Part shown: piece after piece, positions 48,368-60,487 of the stretch
How positions within the stretch are numbered: position 1 is the stretch's first letter
Layout: every line of letters begins with the position of its first letter
Source: Chlorokybus atmophyticus
Taxonomy: Eukaryota > Plantae > Mesostigma and Chlorokybus algae
Reading direction: 5' to 3'
Assembly: GCA_009103225.1 (NCBI GenBank)
Contig: RHPI01000638.1
Location: 682,630 to 746,000, forward strand
Length of the DNA: 63,371 nt
Notes under the pieces: model-generated
What the model was told of the DNA's origin: nothing
Seen by the model: only the letters and a program-made list of their open reading frames with translations
Databases searched by the model: none
Translations under genes and position numbers: made by a program

Positions 48368-50164
48368 ATGGACGACCTTCTCAGCTCCGATTTAAGCGCT
48401 TCGACACGGGAGGCGCTGCGAGAGTTTCTCCAGGCGCGGGCTGATGCGGAGCAGGCGCGGGATGGCGGAGGGGAGGGGGAGGCGTTCACGGAGGACTGGT
48501 CCATGTCGCAGTTTTGGTCAGGAAGGCCTCATGGAGCTTGACTGCTCACTTATATATGCTTGGCATCGATTATAGAAACATGTCTGATATCTGCTCACGC
48601 ATGTACTCATTATTTACGCACACAGTTATGCTGTTTACTCCAAGCGAGTTCACGTGCGCAGCGGATAGTCATGAGAACCCGCAGTGTTGAGTGCAGAGTT
48701 GTTAGCTACAGCCACCAAGGCCAGCGCTTGTGCAAGTATGCGAGACAGAGAATTGTATTAGTATCGTCACACGAAGTTGACACTCAGTTTGTTCACTGCA
48801 TCTCTCAGCTACAGGTACATTGTTGTTGTGGTGTGGGATGACATTTGCCCTGGTCGTCAACTTTTGGAAACGCAGGCATTGCCGTGCATGTCATTAACCA
48901 ATCTCTATGCGTGCGAAGGTATGATGACAAGACCGCTCGTACGATATCCGCCGAAGCGGCTGCTGCGGCTGGCCCAACCGGCCGCATCGCCTGCGTCGCG
49001 TGCCCGTCCATCTTCCGATGCCTAAGGGTGGGTTATAGTAACAAGATACATAACCCACCCCTCGTTTGGTGTCTGTGTTTCAGCAGGAACCATGCGTACA
49101 CATGTGTGTGTATGTGTGTGTGCAAGATGTGCTGTTTAAGATGCGCGCACGTGCGTGTAGAGACGCACGGACACACGCGCACGCACGCAGGCGTACACAT
49201 GCATGCGTGTTTGTGCGAATATTACTCAGACACCCACATGCACGCACGTACGTGTATACACATGTGCGTGTGCGTACGTGGAGGGGGGCAATGCGCATGC
49301 GTGTGTATAAGTATGTACACGAAGGTTGTGTATGCGTGCATGGGCGCGCCTGTGCGTGTGTGCATGCTTAGGTCTGTGAGGTGCATTCACACCTGCTTGT
49401 GTACATGCATGTGTATACACCAATGGCTCATGCATGCAGGTAAAGCGTCACTTGCACTGTTGCGCAGGAGCATCATCCCGAGATGTCTGCGCAGCTGTTC
49501 GAGTACGACCGTCGGTTTGCCGCATTCGGCGAGCGCTTCACGCTATACGACTACAGGGAGCCCGAAGCCGTTCCCGAAGACCTTGCGCACACGTTCGACG
49601 TCATTGTTGCGGACCCTCCCTACCTGGTGCGCACTGTCATTGGCACATGTTGCGCGTGCACACACATACATACGCGGGCGCGCGCACACCCACGCATGCG
49701 CGCATGCTCCGATGTATGCGTGTACACATATGCATACGCGTCCTTGTACAACCATCAACGCGTGCAACTGTGGTTGCTACACCTGCAGTCAGAAGAGTGT
49801 TTAGCCAAGACTGTGAAGACCGTAAGGCTGTTGTCAAGACAACAGGAAGGCAGCAGCAGTAGTAGTAGCACCCGTCGTCTCCTCTTAACAGGTAAGCTCG
49901 CACACTCAACTTTCTGCACACACCTCAAACAACCAACCAACCAACTACGAGCAAACACTGCTATTGTGTTCGTGTTGTGTCGTGACCACATCAACCCCCA
50001 CAGGTGCTGTGCAAAGGGACAGAGCCCGGGAGTATCTGAACGCGAGGCCGTGCGCCTTCCGCCCGCAGCACAAGAACAAGCTCGGCAACGAGTTCATGTG
50101 CTTCGCCGATTACGCGCCGATCACGCCCGGGCTGGGCGGGTTGGAGGCTGATGAGGCCTTATGA
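48368..50164 (+). CDS. EEF1AKMT1: EEF1A lysine methyltransferase 1 (N6AMT2/Efm5); exons 48368-48516, 48919-49027, 49468-49626, 49789-49891, 50004-50164
   Basis: LSASTREALREF, EDWSMSQFWYDDKT, RIACVACPS, LFEYDRRF, FTLYDYREP, VIVADPPYLSEEC, LLLTGAVQ and FRPQHKNKLGNEFMCFADY. Confidence 0.93.
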
Positions 50165-51512
50165 TTGATGCATCAACACGAAGATGCTTGACGCTTCTGA
50201 CCAGCCACTTGCACAACTGATTGCGGTTCTTTACAGTACCCATCCACGTAAACGCACGTATGGGCAAACACGCGCGCTGCTCACATGCATACACATACTC
50301 GCACGCAGCCATCCCACCCACAGCTTACTTGAGCAGTTGATCCTGTGATAGGGGCCTGCCCACATTCAAGCAGGCTTGTGCGTGAAGCGCACACAGCAGC
50401 CAAACGAAGGCAAGTGGATTGCGGGCCATATGCACTTACTGTGCAACACATCAGTCACCTTGGACTTGTCCAACACGTGGCGCAAGTCCTGTGTGCCAGA
50501 ATCAGAGTGCATGCGCGCGAGAGCACAACACATACATTATTGGGCCGCATTAGAAACAACAGCGTCTGTATTACAGTACATGCATGCATTGCAAGGTACC
50601 ACAACGGGCCCACATGTGTACTTGCACTGCAGCTTGCTAGGTAGCGATGCATGAGGGTGGTTCACATGCCAAGCGTGTATGTTTATGCATGTATATGGAG
50701 GGGAAATGGCAGGCCATCCCCTGCACGAATGCAGCGATTGGTGACTGTGTGGCGTGTATGTGGTAGATGCGTGCATGTGTAAGGTTGTGGGCGTGTATTC
50801 TGTGCCGATAGCAGCACATTGTCTCTTTTAGCCACGGCTTCGGTCAGCAAACCTTCATGACACATCGCTTGTCGATAGGTTTGTGGGTTTGCATGTGCTT
50901 GTTGTGTTTCGTGTCTGCGCATGGACTCAGTGGCAGTACGTGTACGTTTTTTGTTTTCAAGCGATGAGATGAGTTCGAAGACAGTGCATGTGGAGTTGCT
51001 GCATCAAGGTGCTGGCACGGACGTCACGGAGAGTGATGGAGTGGATATGAGAAAGCGTGCATGTGTGCATGTGTGCATGTGTATGTGTGCGCTTGCATGC
51101 GGGTTTGAGGTGTCCATATGCATGGTATGTTTTTGTGCAAACGTCTGCGAGCGTGCCTAGGTTTACTGCATGTGAGTGCTCCCACTGCCTGTAATGAATA
51201 CTATGTTCGTGGGTGTTGCCAAACAAGAAGGTGCAGACTTGTAAGAACAACACACTATTGTTGGTTGACTCAAGCAGAGTTCAGTTCAACCTGAAGCCGT
51301 TTGCTATCACTGCGCAGGTAGCCCACCATTGGCCTTATGGCCATGACACAACCTACCAGTGCAACCTTGTTAAGGCGCTACCTTCCATTGGCGTGCGGTG
51401 CAGCAACGGTGAGAGCAGCAAGGTGGCCTGTTGGCTTGACCACTGCTCATACATGACCAACATATGTTGTATGGTGTGGGCGTGCGCGTACAGACGGGAA
51501 GTATGGCTTCAA

Positions 51513-52170
51513 TCAGCCGCTAGTGGCATGGTCCACACGGTGGAGGTGAATCCCGCGTATCACACATACCGGTTGCTCACAGCCCCACACATGTGCGCCC
51601 GCGTGCGCACGTGGGGACGCAAATAGTTGCCTGTTAACATGCGGATGCTGTTGGCTACAGCAAGCATACAACTCTCTGCATTGCTGGTCCAATGCGACCG
51701 CATGGACTGGCCCCATGGAAGCGCCCCTGTTGCCGGACATGGTGACGTAGTTGCGGACGGGTGCCACAGCCCCGATGCCTGGCAATGTCACGCGCACAGT
51801 GCCGTGGGGCAGACTTGCCACAGTGGCGGACAAGAGGTATGGCGTGCCATACTGGACCTGGCGGGTGGCGGAATCGGAGATGGCGATGCGCTTGCATCTG
51901 TGTTGCTGTACCCCTTGTGGACTGAGAAGGCTATGTAGTTGGGGTTGGAAACGACAACGGTCCCCTGGGTGAAAGGAAGGGCTTGAGGGGCGTAGTCGAT
52001 GGTCAGGCCGCGCAGGGTGACGATGCGACAGTCCGCGAAGGTGATGGCGCGGGTCTGGTTCGCGCATACCATAGTGACCCACACGTGCCCCGGTGTCCAG
52101 CCGTCATTGTCAATGGGCGCAGCGGTCGTGAGATACTCGCCCCCCCCCGGGGGGATGACCACGACATGGC
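51513..52170 (-). pseudogene. Frameshifted, intronless right-handed beta-helix (pectin-lyase-fold, GH110-like) gene fragment
   Basis: VVVIPPG...AITFADCRIVTLRGLTIDYAPQALPFTQGTVV...HKGY; then, in another frame, RIAISDSATRQVQYGTPYL...TVRVTLP...VHAVAL...LFASP. Family recognised by eye only. Confidence 0.55.
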
Positions 52171-52459
52171 AACTCCAGGCACCGGACGAGACCAAGAGAG
52201 GCAAGCCCCGCTCTCGTTGACCAGGGGGGCTGGGCTTCAGTGAGGCTACGCCTTTGCAAAGGTCCAGAAATTTACCTCTCGATAGGTTGGTGGTGGTTGA
52301 GCCCCACAGCTTGGGCGCCGTTCTGGCAGTGGACGCGATGTCCCTACCGCGCGCCACGATACGCGAGGTGTCGCCCGAGAGATGCGTAACGCTCTCAATG
52401 GTATGATGGGAGTGGCGAGCCTTGTGAAGGACGAAGTTGCTGACCGCCCGTTCTGTGCG

Positions 52460-52800
52460 GAATACACTTGATACACTGAAGACCAGCGGACAGGCTCTGC
52501 TTAACATCAACACGCAGCTGCAGGTGGACAGTGACGAGCACGCGGCTGCCAGGGTTCAGGCCACAGGCGTGTGCGACATCTGGGCTGTGGTGACAGAAGT
52601 GGTGCAGGTACTATGGCTGCTGGCCGAGGCCAAAAACATTGACCTGGTGAGTGCGGTGAGCCCGGCCCTGGCCCCCGTACTGTGCATCGATCTCGGGGTC
52701 CTGCGGCAGGTGCTCGTCAACTTTGTCAGCGATGCGGTAAAGTTAACGCCCACGGGCCACGTGTGTGTGGCGCGCGCTACCGCAGACCTCAACTTGCTCT
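52460..52800 (+). pseudogene. Degenerate sensor histidine-kinase fragment (end of HisKA and start of HATPase_c)
   Basis: LDTLKTSGQALLNIN...DIWAVVTEVVQVL...AEAKNIDLV...LRQVLVNFVSDAVKLTPTGHVCV parallels the SG..LL.LIND and RLRQVLxNLVSNAVKFT..G.V.V motifs. The H box and G boxes are absent. Confidence 0.7.
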
Positions 52801-53654
52801 CGGTGACCAGGGGGGCTTGGCTTGATCTTGATTATGCTGCTATTAACGTAGCTTTCGTTTTTCCAGCGTTTTGCCTCTATGTGGGCAACATGAATATTGC
52901 AGATCAATATCACAACACGACTTTATCATAAGGGCGTAACTTGGCGTAACCATACTCTGAAGTACGCGCGGAAGACGCGTTAACAAAAAAGGTAATCGAG
53001 CAGGCAGGATGTAACCGGGCACATTAAGCACCAGCTACGGTGATGCAACAGCTGCCCCATAACCTGAGAGTGGCCATTCTTAGCAAAGCATGATTGGATA
53101 GAGTTCATTTCCGTTTGTTGCGCTCCCCTACATTGAATTCCTTCGCTTTAGCCGCCCTATGCCACCAAAAGTTTGTCCGGGCTCGGGAAGAGGGGCATGT
53201 AATGTAATGGGGCAACCCTACATCTGCAGTCTTAGAATGCCATACACACCATGTATGGCTATGACTGAACTCCTTGAATACAATGGTGATGTTGGCATCA
53301 GCAACTCAGAGCGCAAGCCCTCGTTGTTTAACACACAATTGCAATCAGCTATTGATATGCTCCGTATCAGATGTTTGCTTGCAAGGCCTATAAGCCGCAA
53401 GCAGTAGAACAACACCACACACATACAATGTGTGCAAGGCATTCGTTGCATGTCTAGAGTAGTTTTGGAGACTTATGTACACATGACTTAATGGTCCTGC
53501 GGTTGCGCATGGCCTGCAATCAACCACATTTCAACAACATTGTCATGTGCTACTAGCTAGATGCATACAGGACATCATGATGCATGTCTTGAATGACGCT
53601 TTCTATCTACACCAATAAGTACAACAACATTGCTACGGAGAGAGGGAGAAGGAG

Positions 53655-56600
53655 CTAACCTTTAAGTGTCGAGGAACTTGCGCCAAGTAACATGTTCAAT
53701 GTCTCTTGAGACAGTGGAAGCAAAACGTCTTTTGACTGATGCTTTAGCTTGTCATGCACAAGACAGCAGAACCCTCGAAAGTCAACTGCAATTCCCGCTT
53801 GTAGGGTTTCTTGTAACCGTCCTGCTGCAAACCTACGGTCGTGTTCCACAGTCGTAAGGAGAACATTGCTCGGCGTGATGCCAAGCGTCTCAGCATGCAT
53901 GCGTTGCAAGTGTGCACCGATTTCCGCGTCCTTGAGTAAGTCAACCTGCAGATGCCTGATTACAACTACTGCTGCAATGAACCAGTTTATGCACCAAGCG
54001 GGCGAATGCGCGACATGAGTCCGCATGATTGACGCATGAGCATGTACGCTTTGCACCTTGTTGCAAAGCACAATCACATTGTCATGACGCTTGTTGTTGG
54101 CAGCAACGAATTTCTTGAAGGAATCCGCTGCTTTAACATCTCTTGGCTGATTTGCCTCTAAAAGAAACACCCATACGTTGGGGAGCATACCAAACCGGTT
54201 GATGGTTGACACTGCATCGTTGAATTGTCAAAGGAGTCTCCTAGTCCAGGAAAGTCCAGTAGCCAAAGGTCCTTGCGAAGCTCATAAGCGCCAAGCTGCA
54301 CGTAATAAATCAGCCTCTGTGCGGTTAAGACAATGACCGCAGTTTGACAACCCACCTGTTCTGTTCGATCAAGCAACACAATACTCATGCTTGAATAACC
54401 GCGTCCACCATGCCTCTCGAGCTTGTGCACCAGACTGGATTTGCCACTGTTAGCCATGCCCAAGACACCCACGTATGCAACATCCATGGTTTTTTACCGC
54501 AAAGAATGCATCAAAGTCACAATTCGAATGCATTTGGCCATCCTCTGGAAGTAGGATCAGTCTGAAGCACTTTTTCCCACATAGGCGTGTGCCAGTCGAG
54601 TGAAGGGCCAAGAAAGTTCCCCCGCCCACAGCTCCAAATCTTGCCCATGTGCGTGCTCAAAAGCTGTGCCCATCTTTGCAATAAAAGCAAACAGCTCGGC
54701 GTCTATTAGGTCCTGTAGCTTGTTTATTGCCTCCATCTGAGAAGCCAAAGGCCAACCGCATCATGTTTGCGCAAACCTGATCAAGCTTCTTGCACGCTTG
54801 TAACTACCTTTGCAAGGGCACTGTACAGAATTGCCAGGTTGAAGTGCGTAAGCGACTTGAAACCACTTCTGCGAGTTGCGAAATGGGACTCACCCATGAG
54901 TTCTCTTGCATGGTTAGCGAGCCACTCTGCAGGCCATATCGATGATAGAACCGCGGCACCTGCAGTGCATATGTGTCATGATAATGGTTCGTTCTGACCT
55001 GCACAAAAGAACACAAACTGGTGCACGTCGTCAGTGAGAGCAATAGCATGTGACATACCTGGCAAGGTACTTACAAACAACAGGACCAGACCACCAGAGG
55101 AAGCCATGCCTAATGCTCGCAACCAAGTAGGTACTCCCCCTTCCAAAGCCGGAGGGTAACAGGACTCCAATTGTGCAATCGCAGGGGCTGCTGTCATATG
55201 TACCAATTCTGCTGCGTCTTCATGCAAAGCGCACACCTTCCTCTTCATTGCATCCTTTCGTATATCGCTGAAGACGGACGTCACAGCAGAGGGGTCAATC
55301 GCAAGTTGCGACAATTGCTCGATTGCCTCCACTTCACTGGTTGCCAGCTGTGCGAACATGATGACATTGCAATGGCAACATGTACATGGACAATCAGCAC
55401 AAGATGCAATGCATATTCAACTAGAATATGCTGCTACGTACTTACTAAGCAAGTGCTCCTCTACAGGACAGTGAGTACAAAATACTTATTAACCAAACGG
55501 GCACAGCTCAGTCGACAATAAAAGCTTACCCCGTAGAACTGGCGCACCACCAGCACCTGTATGGCACGCTGCAATGTCGCTGCCATGCCACCTTTCTCCA
55601 GCACGACTCCCGAAGTGATTCTGGCCTTTGTCGATCCAAAAAGAGTCGTGAGCTTAACCTCCGCACCCCCTACAGACACCCCATCCCCTAGAGTGGTTGC
55701 TTTTGCCCACATAGCAACAAAATTCTGAAACTCGCTTGCACTGCTATTCGCATTCTTGCCGAATTTCGTGATGAGCTCTAAGTAGCTATTAAGGAGACAC
55801 CCGCTAGTCTTCCACTGCAACTTGCTAGCCCAGGAGTCTTTGCTCGGGAACCCAACGGTAAGTAACAAGTAACAACCACTAAGGCAAATAGTAGCTTTAC
55901 GAGGCTCAGTAGTCACCATCAGCACTGCTTTGTGGATCTCCGGAGGTGGCGACTGGACTTGAAGCGGCCTTGTACTTGCCTCCATCTGTGTCTGCGCAAC
56001 CTGAATGGGAGGGCAAAGGGTCTCGATTGCTGCCAGGTACTGTGTCAGGCTGTGATGGTCCGAACTGAAAGTCTGGCTCAGGCGTGCGATACTGTGCGCA
56101 ATGCCTGTTCACCCGAGCCATCACCGCCATCCCTCATATGCAAATGCCAGTGCTTGCCGAAGGGCGCAAAAAACTGCTCCGGTCCTTCTCTCAGCTTCTG
56201 TGCAAACGTGTTGCGAAGACTAGCAAGGCATGAATTGGCATTAGCTGCGAAGCCCTCGGAAGTGCACTTCTATGCTACCCAAGTAGCGCGTGCCGTCGGG
56301 CTCGGTACAAAAAGCAAGGCCATGTCGATATATGGGGCCACTGCACGGAATAGGCTTTTCAACTGCTCAAGCCTATCTTGCACTCGTTTTGTCAATGCAT
56401 CGGTCAGTGCTGGAATGCTCTTCAGTAGCGGAGGAATCGGGTCATTCTGACATATGAATTTGATAAAGTGCTTCTCCACCCCACGGTCAGCCAAGGTTTG
56501 CGCCAGCTTCGCACTACCAACAAGTGGTGCTCCAAAACTGATGCACAATATGCGGCTGTCAGCAGCCTGCACCTGGCACTCGAGCTGTCTGCCCTCAGCA

Positions 56601-57904
56601 CTTGGCATGCCATTACTCGAAGGCAATTGCGAAGCTCTAGTCCTGCAAACATGCAAGCCTTCCAAAACGCTGAGGAGAGCTAACTGCCCAACTGCCCCGC
56701 CAAGGCTATGGCCGCAAAATATGATGCGGCGTGTACCTTCCATTAACACAAGCTCCTGTAGACCACAAGTTCACCCCAAGATGTGTTAGATAAAGTTACC
56801 ATTTACCCCCCCGTGCACCAGCAAACAAGCGAAACACATTTTTGGAGTAGGCATAGAGGGTCAGCTAAAAGCTAGCATGATGCAGCTGAGGACGAACGTC
56901 ACCATGATGAACAACCGGCAAGTGCATGTGTTCGTGTTGAACGATCAACAGCGTCGAGCGCTGACTATATATATATGCTTGGCGGGAGGAGCATCTCACG
57001 TGGTGTATGTGGTGCATGCAACGCACCGTGAAGTACTTTTCCGGCAGCTCTTTAACCCTTTTTTGGGAACCCGCTATGCACTTGTGCAGCACCTCCGCGG
57101 TAATTGACTGGATAAGCTTGCAAGTCTGTCAGGACATCCGCAAAACGTGCAGTGCCTCGAAATGCGATGAACAACGCGTTTGCTGTATACACCAGCAGCA
57201 CGACCGGCGCTTCTGTGCTCTTGGACAGAAACACCTGCACGTGTAGCAAGCTGCTTGTTAAAATCATGCGCACATCCAGCCTGTTTAAGCTCAGAGCATG
57301 CAAGGGACATGCTGGAGCCTTGCACAGATGAGGCAACTTCGGTACGAGGCCGTACAGCAATGGTAAAACAAGACATGAGCTGCACAGGCCGCAACAAGTG
57401 TTCACTAACCGTTTCTACAGGAATGCTGACGTGCTATGTGAGTCGCAGACGAAATGTGTCGACATCAGCTTCTTGGAGGTATGCCATCTAGGCAACAGAA
57501 TGCCATGAAGATGTCGACAGGTTCAGCGCCATACTTGGCACCCATCCCGTCGCATGGGAGTTGTACTTCAGTCGACCAAGCAACTTTTTCTTGTCAGAAA
57601 ACCACTTGACAAGACCGGAGTCCAGTAGCCAACCATGCATGAATTGATGAGTCTGCTTAGCACAAGAGCATGGCACACGCAGCCGCGCCTGGGCAATGAC
57701 GCACAAACCGTGCTTCAATTGAGGGGGTGAAAGTAGTAGGTAGGTGAGGACAGAGAGGGGGCGCCCAAAGACGATGAGATGAGACGATGGGTGAGATTTA
57801 CATGTATAAACCTCTGTCGCTTCAGCCCGCTTGCGCGCTCGCCGCCTTCCCAGTTGTCTAGTTGTCACAATCCTGTTCACCACCCCCTCAGCCTCCGCCG
57901 CCAA
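53655..57904 (-). pseudogene. Intron-containing lipase class 3 - P-loop GTPase fusion gene, disrupted by stops and frameshifts
   Basis: Lipase: FIAFRGT, VHSGF, GHSLGG (about 56700), ISFGAP, NDPIP, DHHSLTQYL. GTPase: GMANSGKS (54437-54460), DFPG (about 54250), NK|VD across an intron. In-frame TAG at 57488, 57434 and 56270; frameshifts near 57060 and 56100. Confidence 0.75.
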
Positions 57905-58317
57905 GGACGCCTACACCTCCTCCTCCTCCTCCTCCTCCTGCCGCTGCCGCCGTACAAGAGGATACTATACATTGTACAGTGGCTTGGCGGGGTGCAGAAC
58001 ATGTACATGTACATGTAACGTACTTGTGCGGGGCCTCTTAGCCTATGATGGAACAAGTTTCATGATGATACAACTACTGCATACCACGTGTGTGATCATG
58101 AATCAAATATATGCTTATATGTTGGCGTATCATTCCAATGGATCAGCGTTCTATTTTCTCGCCTTTTGTCTATATCTGTATTTGTGTATATATATGTGTT
58201 TTGTATGAAGGTGATTCTTGGACCCATGCTGTTTGTACCCATTCAATATATACCGTTGTCGACATCTATATCTGTATACGGGGCGTTTGACAGGGACCAC
58301 CCACCCATCCATGTAAA

Positions 58318-58685
58318 ACCATCGACAATGCGTGCAACTGTGTTTGCTCACCTGCAGTCAGAAGAGTGTTTAGCCAAGACTATGAAAACCATGCGGCTGT
58401 TGTCAAGACAACAACGAGAAGGCAGCACTAGTAGCACGCGTTGTCTCCTTCCAACAGGCAAGCAGTCACACTCAACTTTCTGCTCACATCTCAACCAACC
58501 AACCAACCAACTAACCATGCGTACATACCGCTGTTGTGTTCATGTTGTGTCGTGAACACAATACACACATTACTTCCCTCCACAAGTGCGGTGCAAAAGG
58601 ACAGGGCTCGGGAGTATCTTATTTTTGCGAGGCCGTGCGCCTTCCGCCCGCAGCACAAGAACAAGCTTGGCAACGAGTTCATGTG
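58318..58685 (+). pseudogene. Partial duplicate of EEF1AKMT1 (intron end, exon 4, intron, most of exon 5)
   Basis: cacctgcagtcagaagagtgtttagccaagac... matches 49780-49891; the intron matches 49892-50003 with the donor GT changed to GC; gcgccttccgcccgcagcacaagaacaagct.ggcaacgagttcatgtg matches up to 50100. Confidence 0.92.
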
Positions 58686-59380
58686 TGTCATGCGATGACA
58701 TCTCGTAACAGCGAAAAGCCTCAAGGATCTTTTAACCAACCACAACAGCTAGGCATATTAGCATACATCGACAATAACGCCAATACCTCGAACATCACAT
58801 GGGTCGATGCCTACGTGACGACCGTAAGAAGACCAAACGCCACCGACAGCAAGCGGTAGATTAACCAGTAGCAGACGGCGGTGGGCGACAGGAACAGGGA
58901 GCTCGACGGCGCAGCGGTACGGCAAGAGGTGCAAGCAACATCAAAAGGCTTTGGGCGGGAAGAACAGCGGCGGACGTAACCGTCAACGCCGGGTTCGTTA
59001 CCCTTGGCCTGCATCTAGGCATATATAAGGCATGCATGCATGTGTAACAGTTAGTGAGACAGCAAGTGTTTAAGTGAAAGCGGAATAAACCAGTGTTCGA
59101 CCTTCCTGTGAGCTGTGCTTATGCTGGTTGCGTGCTTGTTCACGGGTGTGTACATCAGCATCGCTCGCATTGTATGCTTGGTTGCTTTAGCCATGCAATT
59201 GATCCCCCTTAGATGTGCAGCATACAGTACATAGTTTCGCTGCATGCACTTTGTAGCGGTGTGTTGTTCCTCCCTTGAGCAAGTTGCATGCTAACACTCT
59301 AGCTGTTTGAGAGTCCGTTCAGCCTGTTAACTTGCTGTCTCACTTCTCCGGGGTGGCAACACATCAAAGTTGATTCAAAC

Positions 59381-59389
59381 NNNNNNNNN
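59381..59389. other. Assembly gap (9 N)
   Basis: N run seen directly. Confidence 1.
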
Positions 59390-60293
59390 GGGGGGTCGCA
59401 CTCAACCACCACCTAGGAGGACAGTTGGGCGTCCACCATCTCCTCCATTCCAGAGTTGAGAAGACTTTCGAGGCAGCCATAGCTCAGCAGCGACATGGCA
59501 TCCGGAGGAAACAACCTGAAAGAAGTGACTTAGACCTACGGCCTCGCCTTCGGCGGTCGTCACGGCACCCTGTCACAGAAGAATTTAAAGTGAAGTTCGC
59601 TGCAGAGACCCTGCAATGGGAAGTCCGCATCCCAGACCGTGGAGAGGAGAAGGCTTTCGGTGTCATGAAATACCTGAAGCATGAGGCGTTCAACACTTGG
59701 GTGCGCGTGCAGCTTGACCGCACGAGGCGTGAAGAGGCAGCAGCATTTGCAGTACTGGAGGCATCAACAGCAGCCGACACCACTGCTCAGACCGGGACCA
59801 CCACCACAGGGTCTCCAACTAGGGACCCACCAAGGTGGGTGCTACCACCACGCACGATTCCCGCAGCAGAGATACATCCCACTGGGCCAACCAATGAGAG
59901 AAAGAACTGTGGGCTCGGCTACGCAAGGACTTCCCACCTTCGACTCCAGCCAAGATCAGGGAGCTGACCAACTTCCGCAGAACGAGACGCCACGCATGAT
60001 ATACAGCCGCATGCTCCACCTATTACAAGACACTGACTACCGTGTTCTTTAATATGAAATGGCTGCCATCATTTATGTGGATCAGCTGGATCGGACTCTG
60101 GAGGGAGAGGTGTGGACACGGTTGGCGGCCATGACTGGTGGGAATAACGACTTGAGGGTTGCGTTCGAGGCAGCAGAGGCAGTGCAGCAGGAGATGAAGT
60201 ATAGACGTACCATCTTGGAGATGAACAGTGGGTCAGCCAAGGAAGCAGCCACCAGCTCAGGAGAGCGTAAGGGGGGGGGGGGGGGGGGGGGGG

Positions 60294-60451
60294 NNNNNNN
60301 NNNNNNNNNNNNNNNNNNNNNNNNNNNNNNNNNNNNNNNNNNNNNNNNNNNNNNNNNNNNNNNNNNNNNNNNNNNNNNNNNNNNNNNNNNNNNNNNNNNN
60401 NNNNNNNNNNNNNNNNNNNNNNNNNNNNNNNNNNNNNNNNNNNNNNNNNNN
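60294..60451. other. Assembly gap (158 N) flanked by poly-G, inside gag
   Basis: N run seen directly. Confidence 1.
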
Positions 60452-60452
60452 N

Positions 60453-60487
<35 letters not shown>

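Noticed and set aside
48845-49804. 319-aa ORF and similar long Cys/Val/His-rich ORFs (for example 18940-19581, 29923-30450, 41313-41831)
   Set aside because: They are translations of stop-poor RY tracts and overlap the introns and exons of recognised genes.
60271-60486. Poly-glycine/poly-proline ORFs or a G-quadruplex from the poly-G runs
   Set aside because: The runs flank an N gap and are probably sequencing or assembly artefacts of a G-rich tract.
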